Part shown: piece after piece, positions 26,284 through 35,543 of the stretch | Layout of the letters: each line of letters opens with the position of its first letter | Position numbering within the stretch: position 1 is the stretch's first letter | From: a virus | Taxonomy: Duplodnaviria > Caudoviricetes | Length of the DNA: 38,013 nt | Direction: 5' to 3' (one strand) | IMG/VR virus record: IMGVR_UViG_3300009678_000039 | Span: 1-38,013 of that record | Made by a program: the position numbers and the translations under genes | The notes under the pieces: generated by a model | Seen by the model: the letters and a program-made list of their open reading frames with translations, nothing else | Told to the model about the DNA's origin: nothing | The model's database searches: none

Positions 26284-28329
26284 TTATGCTACTGCCTGTT
26301 GTGGCTCGGATGAGCCCCTTTGTTGGTCGCTATTAGTAGGGGTCGCTTCCTGCCTTTGAGATTCTTGTACCATGCGCAAGATATTAAGTGCTTGTTCTAG
26401 TTGGTTAAGATCGATGTCTGTAAGCTCTTTAACCGCCCTAATTCGATCGAGTGTACCCATGTCACGATCTTTCTGCGCTTCTGCCAAGCGTTCAATAGCA
26501 AGTGCCCTATTCTCTTGTACACGGGATGCTCGCTCCACGCCCAATCCTTCATTAGCCATTGCACGTGCTTTGCTCTCTTCAATCTTTGCCTTAAGTACTT
26601 CAATTTCAGCGGCCGCTTGATCTTGCGCCATTTGGGCTTGCTGTTCTTCTTGTTCTTGTATCGCATCGACAAGTTCCTGTTTATTTTGTAAAGTAGAAGT
26701 CTCTATTAATACATTAATTGGAACAGGTACGCCCATCTCACGAAGTTGTAATAGTTGTGCAAATTGAAGCTGGCGTTGTGTACTTGTATTAAGACCTTCT
26801 TCCACAACTGCGTCATATTTGCCAAAGGCGCGGTTATAAAATTGTGCACTTGGCTCTTCACCTAAGATGCGCTGTACTTTACCAGGTGTCCAGTGCTGCT
26901 GTATGAGTGCAATACTGATATCGCCAAGTAACTTCTGCGCCTGATCCAGGTTGTCAAATACCACCTGTAAAGTGGTAAGCCCAGCCCCCGATCTAAGCAT
27001 GGACAAAATGCCTGATTTGTCATCAATTGCACTACCCAATAGCTCTTCATTGACACCAGATATCTGGGAAATCTCAGCCCCTAGTAGTTCAGATAATTGG
27101 ATCATGGATGGTGGGATTTGTGGCGCCTGTACTTGTACAACATCTGCCCTTGGATCATAGTTGTCTTTGATTGGTAAGCCGCGGCCTTGGCCCTGTAGAA
27201 ATGCATCTTTTGGATTGACAAGAGCTCCCTCTTTATAGATGAAGCCGGATGTGATCTGGGACTCTAGGATATCTAGTTCGATTACACGGCGTCTATTGTA
27301 TAGATATTGCGCATCTCTTAGGCCACGTACAACGCCCTGCACACGCCACGGGAAATGTGGTATGTGTGGTTCATAATAAGCCCACACAGGCACGAATGGA
27401 TAACGGTCAATGCCCAGGGGGTTTTCTCCATGGTACATGACTTTGCCTTGTACAACGATTGCAAGTTTGACAGTTGGTATCTCTTGGTCAAAGGCGACAA
27501 CTTGAGAGAACATAGCCAAGTAGTCTTTTAGGTCCTCGTCGTTACCGCGCCATTCCATGCATTCGCCAGTTAGAACATCCGATAACATCTTCTGTTTACG
27601 TGTATCTAAATACCAAAATTCATCGTAAATTAGTAGATCCTGCATGCCATAATTATAGCTCTCCGGCATGAACTGGAACTTGCCATCACGATTACCCCAG
27701 CCACGCATGTTGACAATCTCGTCATTACGGCCTGGTAATAGCGCATTTACTTGGTTTCGGCTTAGGTACTTACGTGTCCAAATTGAATTGCAATCTGAGA
27801 GGTCTTTCTTCTTGAAATAGGGGTCTATGAGATAACCATTATAGGCCACATTATCAACGCAGATATCGCCATTAACTGGGTCATTTTGGAAGTTCATCCA
27901 GATGGACAATAAATTCATGCCAGTTGTTATACCTCCATCAAAGGCGTCCGATATAGTCTCTAGTACATGGCCATTGGAATTAGCATGAAACATCAGCTTT
28001 GTAAACTGGTCGGCTGTTTCTTGGTCACTTGATTCGATAGGGGAGACAATTGTAGATTTACGGTGCTGACGCTGATACCCTGTAATCATATTGGTTACAC
28101 GCCGAATACGATTGAAGGTGAGCTGCTTTCTACGGAAGGCGGGCACGTTGCCATATATGTCATTTATTAGGGACTGATCGCCTGCCTTAAAACGTGTATC
28201 GGTATCGGCTTCTGACCAAAAGCTTTGGTTAATGGTTATGTTCTTTGCATATGTATAATCCATTAACTTTAAGATGTTGTGATCATTATCTACATAGTAC
28301 GATTCTGAGAGTTGTGGGAATAGTGTCAT
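26284..28329 (-). CDS. Portal protein (P22-like)
   Basis: RFKAGDQ...LTFNRIRRVTNMITGYQ, YPFVP..Y...GVVRGLRDAQ..YN and a C-terminal coiled-coil barrel. Confidence 0.9.
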   Translation of the reverse strand: MTLFPQLSESYYVDNDHNILKLMDYTYAKNITINQSFWSEADTDTRFKAGDQSLINDIYGNVPAFRRKQLTFNRIRRVTNMITGYQRQHRKSTIVSPIESSDQETADQFTKLMFHANSNGHVLETISDAFDGGITTGMNLLSIWMNFQNDPVNGDICVDNVAYNGYLIDPYFKKKDLSDCNSIWTRKYLSRNQVNALLPGRNDEIVNMRGWGNRDGKFQFMPESYNYGMQDLLIYDEFWYLDTRKQKMLSDVLTGECMEWRGNDEDLKDYLAMFSQVVAFDQEIPTVKLAIVVQGKVMYHGENPLGIDRYPFVPVWAYYEPHIPHFPWRVQGVVRGLRDAQYLYNRRRVIELDILESQITSGFIYKEGALVNPKDAFLQGQGRGLPIKDNYDPRADVVQVQAPQIPPSMIQLSELLGAEISQISGVNEELLGSAIDDKSGILSMLRSGAGLTTLQVVFDNLDQAQKLLGDISIALIQQHWTPGKVQRILGEEPSAQFYNRAFGKYDAVVEEGLNTSTQRQLQFAQLLQLREMGVPVPINVLIETSTLQNKQELVDAIQEQEEQQAQMAQDQAAAEIEVLKAKIEESKARAMANEGLGVERASRVQENRALAIERLAEAQKDRDMGTLDRIRAVKELTDIDLNQLEQALNILRMVQESQRQEATPTNSDQQRGSSEPQQAVA

Positions 28330-28418
28330 CAATAATCCAGACAAGTAAATAGTTGAATATTTACCCTACCTTATAGATTTGCCTAATTCTTTTCAAAAAA
28401 AGACTTTATAAAGTTTAT

Positions 28419-28673
28419 GATTTTTGCCGTAAAACCCAGTTCTTTAGGGCTGGGATGTAAGGCCCTTGTTTTAAATTCACTAACTTGTTAAACTCATCAC
28501 ACTTTCGTGCAGGCTGAGACAAGTTCCTCTAAAAGCACTATTAAATACTGCTCTCGGAATAGATAGCATTGGTACCCAGTCCATAGTAGCCCTCGTCACA
28601 TAATTTGGTGTGACTAAGAGCGAAGGCCCCTTAATCGGGAGAAGCCTTCTGCTTTAGCTGAGGGAGTATTCAC
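28419..28673 (+). mobile_element. Non-autonomous IS200/IS605-family element (PATE/MITE-like), 255 bp
   Basis: Left end TTAT|...gccgt-AAAA-cccagttc-ttta-gggctggg; right end GAAG-ccttctgc-ttta-gctgaggg-agtat-TCAC; no transposase or nuclease ORF. Confidence 0.75.
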
Positions 28674-28704
28674 ATAAGAATATTGTTGTAATTAATTTTT
28701 GAAA

Positions 28705-29115
28705 TTAGTTATTCTGAGGGGTTGCCCGAATTTCCTGGAGACATTTTAGACAGCGCACCATATACCAGTGGTTCTCACATACAAGGGTTCCGGTTCTTCC
28801 GCACTTCTCACAAACATGGGCACTTTGAGACTCTGCTTCATGAATAAGATCATCTGTCTCTTCCCATGAATAAGAGGTGTAATAGCATAGTGTGCCGAAC
28901 TTCTCCTTGACCTGTCTTGCATAAAGCCCCGAGTTCTCATCATCTAGGCCGATTGTGATGTGATGCTCTTCTGCTGCTTTAATGAGGGCCCCCGATAGCT
29001 TATACAATATATCGAACCAGCCATCTAAGCATTCAAATCCACAGCCAAGCTCGCCATAGAGTCCTGGGAAATCGGTCTTTAGCTTGTCAGATAATTCCTG
29101 CTTCATAAGATGCAA
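28705..29115 (-). CDS. Conserved phage hypothetical protein with Zn-ribbon
   Basis: GFECLDGW...QVKEKFGTL..Y...AE..S...CEKCG...CLKC. Confidence 0.75.
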   Translation of the reverse strand: MHLMKQELSDKLKTDFPGLYGELGCGFECLDGWFDILYKLSGALIKAAEEHHITIGLDDENSGLYARQVKEKFGTLCYYTSYSWEETDDLIHEAESQSAHVCEKCGRTGTLVCENHWYMVRCLKCLQEIRATPQNN

Positions 29116-29204
29116 GATATTTGATTCCGCGATTACAATTCAATAGATTAAATCGCAATGCATATTGTATTCTGGAGTGCTATTGTAGAAACGGAGAAAA
29201 CCTC

Positions 29205-29486
29205 ATGACCACTACCATTAAGCCATTAGAAGGCAAAGTACTATTAAAAAAAATCATCAAAGAGCAGAAGGTAGGTTCTCTCGTAATCCCTGACTCAGCA
29301 AATCAAGAAACACAATTCTATGAAGTTGTGGCAATTGGTCCAATTGGGAAAGATAATATCCATTTCGCAGTCGGTAATCAGGTAATCTTGGCAAGACATG
29401 CGGCGCTGCCAATCTTATTAGACAAATCCGAATTCTTTATAGTGCGCGTGGAAGACATTATTGCAACCGTAATTAAATCACATTAA
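29205..29486 (+). CDS. groES: Co-chaperonin GroES (Cpn10)
   Basis: IKPLEGKVLL...GSLVIPDSA...EVVAIGP...VGNQVI...IVRVEDIIA; RBS ggag. Confidence 0.9.
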   Translation: MTTTIKPLEGKVLLKKIIKEQKVGSLVIPDSANQETQFYEVVAIGPIGKDNIHFAVGNQVILARHAALPILLDKSEFFIVRVEDIIATVIKSH

Positions 29487-29500
29487 TTTTAAAGGTATCA

Positions 29501-29824
29501 ATGAGCAAAATACATGACATAGACAAAATACAAGCTGAAAATATTGCATTAGATCCAGAGTCACCCCATTATGCGTATGCATTATATGCCAAGCAATTAG
29601 CCCACAAACACCACCATCTTGTTCTTAGTGAGATTGCATTCGATGAAAATATGGTACATGTTGCTTTGAATACAGCGGCTAGAATGTTAGCGCTCACTGT
29701 GAGAACATTTATACGAGAAGAAAAATGGGATAAACAATTAGATGCGATGATTGAACATTCCCGACTTATCATGAAAGAATATTCAGGGCATATAGAAGAA
29801 AAGGAAAAAGAGGAGAAGAAATAA
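29501..29824 (+). CDS. Hypothetical protein
   Basis: 107-aa ORF with RBS aaggt. Confidence 0.7.
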   Translation: MSKIHDIDKIQAENIALDPESPHYAYALYAKQLAHKHHHLVLSEIAFDENMVHVALNTAARMLALTVRTFIREEKWDKQLDAMIEHSRLIMKEYSGHIEEKEKEEKK

Positions 29825-30186
29825 TGTATATAAAAACAATACTTGATTTTTTTCTAGGCACTAATTCAACTACTACATCCTCAACATCAACGACAAATAT
29901 TCATGATGATTTCTCAGAAAAATACGGCGATGTTGTTTTGAAAGTAGCTGAGGCTGTTAGTAAATTTGTATATGATGAATTAGGTAAACAAAACATTCCT
30001 ATAAAAGATCGTTTAGATGTATCGATATCAACTCTTGAATTTAGTAGTTCAGTTGCCTTTGGAAGTAGATTCCATGCGGATAAAATAACAACTCTTACGA
30101 AAGAACAAGGCGATAAATTGGGCCAGATGAAGCGAAATCAGATTATCAACGTGTTGACGGTTTTGCAGAAAGAGCCGAAGAAGTAA
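29824..30186 (+). CDS. Hypothetical protein
   Basis: 120 aa, coupled to the previous gene by TAATG. Confidence 0.65.
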   Translation: MYIKTILDFFLGTNSTTTSSTSTTNIHDDFSEKYGDVVLKVAEAVSKFVYDELGKQNIPIKDRLDVSISTLEFSSSVAFGSRFHADKITTLTKEQGDKLGQMKRNQIINVLTVLQKEPKK

Positions 30187-30203
30187 AATATAGGAAGTTT
30201 AAT

Positions 30204-30404
30204 ATGGAATGGTATCAAGTAGGAACAATAGTCGCAGCTAACTTAGGTTTATTTTTATGGACGGTGCGTCAAAGTCGCGCAGATTATCTACATTGTCAAA
30301 GATCTATAGATACCTTTAAAGATTTAATGCTCAAAGAAACCAAGGACTTTCACGGTAGACTATGCGCTATTGAAGAGAGAGGTAAAAATACGGGGTTATG
30401 CTGA
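30204..30404 (+). CDS. Small single-TM coiled-coil protein
   Basis: MEWYQVGTIVAANLGLFLW..RQSRAD...KDFHGRLCAIEER. Confidence 0.7.
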   Translation: MEWYQVGTIVAANLGLFLWTVRQSRADYLHCQRSIDTFKDLMLKETKDFHGRLCAIEERGKNTGLC

Positions 30405-31159
30405 GTTTTCATAGTGATCCAGCAATAAAAGAAAAGTATTTGACGCGTGTGATAGCGCACCGTAAAGCCGATAATATTATCCAAGGCACAGGATGGGTAG
30501 AAGGTCGCGGATGTGCGGTAGGCTGTACATTGGAGAATTACGATCCTTCGCTCTATCCCGTTGAGCTTGGCTTACCTGAATGGTTGGCGCGATTAGAAGA
30601 TATTATTTTTGAAAGTTTACCGGAAAAAGACGCTGTGGAATGGCCTGAGAAATTTTTAGAGGCTATTGCGGTTGGCGTGAATGTCGAGATGGTACGTCCA
30701 AAATTAGCAATCCGTAGATTAGATCGTTTGATTGTTTTTCAAAAAAGTCTAGCTGAAAAAAATCCATCGGTTAAAGAAGCGATCGAGCAAGTTATTGCGG
30801 CACTCGATTTAACAAAACAACTTCATCAAACAGAAATAAATGAACCTTTTTGTAATATAGAATCTGCTTGGAGTGCTGAGAGTGCTGCTAGGAGCGCTGC
30901 TAGGAGTGCTTGGATTGCTGGTAGGGGTGCTGCTGAGAGTGCTGCTAAGAGTGCTTGGATTGCTGCTAATAGTGCTTGGATTGCTGCTAATAGTGCTGCT
31001 GAGAGTGCTGGGAGAACTGCTAATAGTGCTGCTAATAGTGCTAGGGGTGCTGCTTGGAGTTCTGTTTGGGGTGCTGAGAGTGCTAACGGTGCTGCTGAAA
31101 GGGCTTCGTACAAACAAGAAGCCAGTGATTTATTAGAGTTACTGAAGGAGTGTGTATAA
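30398..31159 (+). CDS. Phage protein with Ser/Ala low-complexity repeats
   Basis: FH.DP.IK.KY..RV.AH..AD...GCAVGCTL...ELGLPEWLARLED N-terminal domain, then SAA repeats. Confidence 0.75.
   Translation: MLSFHSDPAIKEKYLTRVIAHRKADNIIQGTGWVEGRGCAVGCTLENYDPSLYPVELGLPEWLARLEDIIFESLPEKDAVEWPEKFLEAIAVGVNVEMVRPKLAIRRLDRLIVFQKSLAEKNPSVKEAIEQVIAALDLTKQLHQTEINEPFCNIESAWSAESAARSAARSAWIAGRGAAESAAKSAWIAANSAWIAANSAAESAGRTANSAANSARGAAWSSVWGAESANGAAERASYKQEASDLLELLKECV
30863..31100 (+). repeat. Coding tandem repeat of 9/12/21-nt units (e.g. gagagtgctgct, aatagtgcttggattgctgct)
   Basis: Encodes SAWSAESAARSAARSAWIAGRGAAESAAKSAWIAANSAWIAANS... Confidence 0.85.
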
Positions 31160-31391
31160 CATGATAGCATCAAATGTAGAAGAGAAAGGTTTAATGGAAT
31201 GGATTGACAGAGAAGTATGTTTCCCAGACATCGATCGAATCCTGTGCTTTACAGGTAAACATGTTTTCATCTGTGAATTATTTGAAAGCAAATGGGGGAA
31301 TTTCTATCACCCCACAGACCGGGGACATGTAGAGCTTCAAGATACACTAGAATGGACACATTGGATACCGTTACCTGTGGTGCCTAAATAA
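31152..31391 (+). CDS. DUF551-like protein
   Basis: MEWID...P...WTHWIPLP. Confidence 0.7.
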   Translation: MYNMIASNVEEKGLMEWIDREVCFPDIDRILCFTGKHVFICELFESKWGNFYHPTDRGHVELQDTLEWTHWIPLPVVPK

Positions 31392-31591
31392 TGACCTGGA
31401 TTAGCGTGAAGGATAGGTTGCCAGAAGAATGGGTGCGCGTGCTTTCTATCAATATCAAATCCACTAGTCCTGAAATTAAAGTAGATTATATTGTACATGG
31501 TTCTACGCAGTCTGTATGGGCCTGTAGATTATATAGAGACGAGGATATGCCTACCCACTGGATGGCGCTTCCACAACCACCAGGAGAATGA
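31391..31591 (+). CDS. DUF551-like protein
   Basis: MTWISVKDRLPE...PTHWMALPQPP. Confidence 0.85.
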   Translation: MTWISVKDRLPEEWVRVLSINIKSTSPEIKVDYIVHGSTQSVWACRLYRDEDMPTHWMALPQPPGE

Positions 31592-31592
31592 T

Positions 31593-31823
31593 ATGGAATG
31601 GATTAGTGTGCAAGATAAGTTGCCAAAAGATCTACAATTAGTGCTATGTTTTGGAGATTTTATCTCTAATTTCCATAAGGATGAAAAAGGATACGCGATA
31701 AAAAAAGAGTATTGGCCAGCTATTTATTATTCACAAGGATACTGGAGTCCTCATTTAAGACCATTAGATGCGAAAATTATGCAGGTAACACACTGGATGA
31801 CCCTACCGGAAGCGCCGAAATGA
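31593..31823 (+). CDS. DUF551-like protein
   Basis: MEWISVQDKLP...VTHWMTLPEAPK; RBS aggag. Confidence 0.85.
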   Translation: MEWISVQDKLPKDLQLVLCFGDFISNFHKDEKGYAIKKEYWPAIYYSQGYWSPHLRPLDAKIMQVTHWMTLPEAPK

Positions 31824-31887
31824 CCGAGAAATCCCTTGCTATAGAGCTACACTTCATGTATAGTTCATCCTTAAACTAGGGAGGAAC

Positions 31888-32070
31888 ATGGACTACGTAC
31901 AATTTATTACCTTACTCGGAACAACCGTTACCGGATTTGGGTTCATGTATAAAGAATTCAAAAGCTTTGAAAAGGATATCCGCGATGATATTAAAATCCA
32001 AGCTGCTAGATCTGATAAGCTTTATGAAAACTTTTGTGATCTTTTAAAGCTCAGAAGAGACCACCATTAG
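31888..32070 (+). CDS. Small single-TM coiled-coil protein
   Basis: MDYVQFITLLGT..GFGFMY...QAARSDKLYENFCDLLK; RBS ggagg. Confidence 0.7.
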   Translation: MDYVQFITLLGTTVTGFGFMYKEFKSFEKDIRDDIKIQAARSDKLYENFCDLLKLRRDHH

Positions 32071-32260
32071 GCTTCCTTATATTATTTGCGATATGAATGG
32101 AAAGGTTTCTGGAAAATTAGCCATGGAAATAGCTGATAATTTATGGCATGCGATATCAGGATATAATATTTCTGTGTGCATCCCATAAACTAGAGATTGA
32201 TATGATAGAATTCTGCACCCTTATATTTATTACTGAGGAGAAGAAAAAGAATACCGTATT

Positions 32261-32500
32261 ATGTTAAAAGGAGGCTACATGTATCCGATTGAAGAACTAG
32301 AGAAGACCTTTTTATTGCATCATAAAAAAGCAGTAAAGGAGAATCAAGAGCTGATTAAACGATATAAGGAAGACTACCCGGGTGAGCCGCTACCCGACCA
32401 CCTCGAAAGCGACTTCAGCCTCCCCCTCGCCCTACACTCCATATGCTTAGTAATCGCTGAGCTTAGAAGAACCGCTAAAACCGATACGCCTGATCCATAG
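32261..32500 (+). CDS. Hypothetical protein
   Basis: 79-aa ORF; likely start MYPIEE after aggagg. Confidence 0.6.
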   Translation: MLKGGYMYPIEELEKTFLLHHKKAVKENQELIKRYKEDYPGEPLPDHLESDFSLPLALHSICLVIAELRRTAKTDTPDP

Positions 32501-33767
32501 GGTCACTATAAAACCGCGGTAGTTCTGGCCCTTGTTTCATGACCTCGCGATAAGCCTTATCCCAGTCTACTTTGGCAGTTGATTTGTTGAAGAAGTGCGA
32601 GTAAACGCAATAGCGCAGGGCATCTAAAGCATGGTCGTTCTCCTTCAAGGGCTTATCTTCACCCTGTTTATGCGACTTGCTATCCCACACGTAAGACTGC
32701 ATCTCAGCTATCAGATTCCTACATTTGCGACAGATCTTGAGTGTCCCATTACCAATGAATGAGGAGACAAAGCGAATCCCATCTAGTACTTCATTCTCTG
32801 CATTAAAGAGATTGAGGACTTCTTGCTTTTGCAACTCTACTTTAAAAGAACTTGCACTCGGATCTACGTAAATAGCGCTCACATTCTTGCCCTTAATAAA
32901 CTCTTTTAGATCATCAGCATATTCAGAGTCCGTCTTCTGACGCTGCTGATCTCTTGAATTATAATAATACTCATCCTCTACCCAGATATTTGGGAACTTG
33001 GAGCGATTAACGCCAATAAGTACAAAAGCACACGGATTAGTAGTACCATAATCGATCCCCACAATATAGTACTCAGCAATCCCAGGAGGATGAGTGATAG
33101 CATGAATATCCATTTCAAAAAAGTCATAAATAGCACCTTCAGCTTGTACCCATCTACCCTCAATAAATCTCTGGTACCAGACACCCTTATACTGACGGCA
33201 GAGGTAATCCTTTTCCTCTTGGGTAAGTTCTGGATTATCGTTTAATGTGAATTGCCACTTAGCGACGTCGATATTGTCTTCAAGATAATCCTTTTTTAGC
33301 CAGTGATAGGGAGAATCTGGGTTCGTCGTGCAAAAGATTCGAGCCCCTTTCATAGCGCATCTTGATATGAGCATCTTAAAGCTTGATTCTGGGATCATGC
33401 TGGCTTCATCAACATAGGCGCCACAAAATGTAGAGCCTCTTAGCTTAGCTTCGGATCTCTCATCATCACAACCAATTACATAGATCTGTTTACCCCAGAT
33501 GCTGAGCTCGCGCTTACCTGCATACCATTTGGCATCTGTGTGAATCATCTCAGTTAATGTCTGCAATATATTACGACGAAACGTGTCATAAGTCCTTGAT
33601 AGTATGGCATATGAGCCAGGTGGACCATGAATGATTTCGTCCAGAAAGCGTGCCATGGAGACATACGTTTTGCCACTACGAACAGCGCCTTCCCAGATGT
33701 TTATCTTGGCATTTGACTCTTGGAAAGAGAGTAACTGCTTATCGCTAAATGTTTTAAATATAGGCAC
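32475..33767 (-). CDS. terL: Terminase large subunit (PBSX/Terminase_6 type)
   Basis: Walker A EGAVRSGKT, Walker B AYVDEA, TTNPDSP.HWLK; nuclease GIDYG..NP, YVDPSA, NDHALDALRY. Confidence 0.95.
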   Translation of the reverse strand: MPIFKTFSDKQLLSFQESNAKINIWEGAVRSGKTYVSMARFLDEIIHGPPGSYAILSRTYDTFRRNILQTLTEMIHTDAKWYAGKRELSIWGKQIYVIGCDDERSEAKLRGSTFCGAYVDEASMIPESSFKMLISRCAMKGARIFCTTNPDSPYHWLKKDYLEDNIDVAKWQFTLNDNPELTQEEKDYLCRQYKGVWYQRFIEGRWVQAEGAIYDFFEMDIHAITHPPGIAEYYIVGIDYGTTNPCAFVLIGVNRSKFPNIWVEDEYYYNSRDQQRQKTDSEYADDLKEFIKGKNVSAIYVDPSASSFKVELQKQEVLNLFNAENEVLDGIRFVSSFIGNGTLKICRKCRNLIAEMQSYVWDSKSHKQGEDKPLKENDHALDALRYCVYSHFFNKSTAKVDWDKAYREVMKQGPELPRFYSDPMDQAYRF

Positions 33768-34034
33768 TTATGATCTTTTCTTTGGTTTATCTTTAACAAG
33801 TATGGTGTACTCTTTGGTTGAGCCTATTATTTCGTATCCGTCCCGTATGTTGGATTGGAGGAATTCGCTATTTCCATTAATCATACGCTTAAAATCTACA
33901 TCTCTCTTAAGGACTAACTCCTGTGTATCACATCTATCATTTATCAGATTTATCTCATATTCCACATGGTGTAGCCTACTAAGCGCCTCTGTAATCTTCG
34001 ATTCTAGTTCACGTAATTTCTTCTTATTGAACAT
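33768..34034 (-). CDS. Hypothetical coiled-coil protein
   Basis: MFNKKKLRELESKI...; lies between terS and terL; aggag precedes ATG 34034. Confidence 0.6.
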   Translation of the reverse strand: MFNKKKLRELESKITEALSRLHHVEYEINLINDRCDTQELVLKRDVDFKRMINGNSEFLQSNIRDGYEIIGSTKEYTILVKDKPKKRS

Positions 34035-34035
34035 A

Positions 34036-34479
34036 CTACTCCTTTTTTTGTTGGTTTTGTATTGGTCTTCTTTCTTTGCGCAATTTGTTAAACTCGTGTT
34101 GCGCCTGATCACGTGATAGATTGCCTTCTCGATGTTCCTTATCCCAACCGAATTTATTTCTCATAAACATCTGATATATAGCGGGTTGGCACTTTACAAT
34201 CTCACCGACTAACATCTTAAAACCGAGTGCTTCCCAGAATGCAAGGGACTTGGCTTCAGCGGTTTCCATGTGTTCGACAGGAAAGTTAAGTGGCTCTTCC
34301 CGGATGTATCTATCCATGGTTTTATAGGTACAGGTAAGCGTCGGGTGTTCGAAGACAAAAGACTGTCTTGATTTACCAGATGCAACCCACGCGCAGTATT
34401 GTTTGTACGCTTCACGGCGTGAATCTGTATCGCCTTTCTTAAACTTTTTATTGTTTTGGTTACCTTTTGGTGGGCCCAT
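34036..34479 (-). CDS. terS: Terminase small subunit
   Basis: MGPPKGNQN start and C-terminal MRNKFGWDK; upstream of terL. Confidence 0.7.
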   Translation of the reverse strand: MGPPKGNQNNKKFKKGDTDSRREAYKQYCAWVASGKSRQSFVFEHPTLTCTYKTMDRYIREEPLNFPVEHMETAEAKSLAFWEALGFKMLVGEIVKCQPAIYQMFMRNKFGWDKEHREGNLSRDQAQHEFNKLRKERRPIQNQQKKE

Positions 34480-34622
34480 AACTTTATAGTTTGTTCTTTG
34501 AAATATTAAACATTTACTTAGTATGTTTTATATTTACACGCAATGGAAATATTTGAATAAAATGAAAAACTATTTGTCAGAAATACTCAAACACACTATG
34601 TAAAACTACTTGGGAGAGTATC

Positions 34623-35150
34623 ATGATTCAACTCGAAGTGTATGGTAAACCTGAACCTTGGAGCGCCCCGCGATTAGGTCGCACTCATGCATATGATCCC
34701 AAAGCTAAAGAGAAAGAAAGTGTACGATGGCAGATCAGATCGCAATATCGTGAGGAGTTGATTACGGGCCGTGTTCAAATAGACATGACGTTCTTCTTTC
34801 CCATCCCAAAGAATACATCTTGGATCAAACGCAAACAGATGCTTGCACATATCATTACACCAGTGATCAGACCTGACACAACGAACCTGTACAAGTTTTA
34901 TGAAGATTGTTTAAAGGGGATTGTAATCACAGATGACAATAGCAATACCGATATTTCGGCAAGAAAACGTTACAGTAATCATCCGCGAGTTTTAATTCGC
35001 GTTATTCCGATGATCCAAAACAAAGTATCTACGGAAGAAAAAGTGCCTGGTATAGATAATAATCCAGACCTTATTGAAACCGTAGAACCAAGGCAAAAAA
35101 AATGCGCATCGTCAAAGAAGAAGTTGATACCGATTACTTCATCGATATAG
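34623..35150 (+). CDS. rusA: RusA-family Holliday junction resolvase
   Basis: GKP....PR...YDP, F.FPIPK, RPDTTNLYKFYEDCLKGIVITDD, KRYS..PRV.I. Confidence 0.9.
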   Translation: MIQLEVYGKPEPWSAPRLGRTHAYDPKAKEKESVRWQIRSQYREELITGRVQIDMTFFFPIPKNTSWIKRKQMLAHIITPVIRPDTTNLYKFYEDCLKGIVITDDNSNTDISARKRYSNHPRVLIRVIPMIQNKVSTEEKVPGIDNNPDLIETVEPRQKKCASSKKKLIPITSSI

Positions 35151-35284
35151 TGTTATCTATTACAGAACTGAATGCTATTAAGGAGTACATGGTATTAGCT
35201 GAAGAAGTTGAAGTGGGGGATAAGATGTTCAACATTGGCGTTCGCTGTTTAATGAAGGATGAGCTTGAAGCAGATATCGCATGA
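35102..35284 (+). CDS. Hypothetical acidic protein
   Basis: 60-aa ORF overlapping the rusA tail. Confidence 0.5.
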   Translation: MRIVKEEVDTDYFIDIVLSITELNAIKEYMVLAEEVEVGDKMFNIGVRCLMKDELEADIA

Positions 35285-35543
35285 AACATTAGAAAAGGTT
35301 GCAGAATTTATTGTACATTACGGATTAGATCTTAATCTGTTGAAGCATGATTTCTATGCATTGTACTTATTGGTTGATCGCATACAACGAACACATGATA
35401 TAGATATCGATCCAGAAAATGACAATACAAGCGATGAGTTCTTAGCCAATCTTATTTTCTTTTCTGATAGATATCAGCAGTTCATAAATATTATTTCATG
35501 TATTAGTAATTTAGCTGATGACGATGAAATATTTTTTACATAG
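35259..35543 (+). CDS. Hypothetical acidic protein
   Basis: 94-aa ORF. Confidence 0.55.
   Translation: MSLKQISHETLEKVAEFIVHYGLDLNLLKHDFYALYLLVDRIQRTHDIDIDPENDNTSDEFLANLIFFSDRYQQFINIISCISNLADDDEIFFT

Noticed and set aside
30863-31100. CRISPR array
   Set aside because: The units are 9-21 nt, in frame within a CDS, with no unique spacers.
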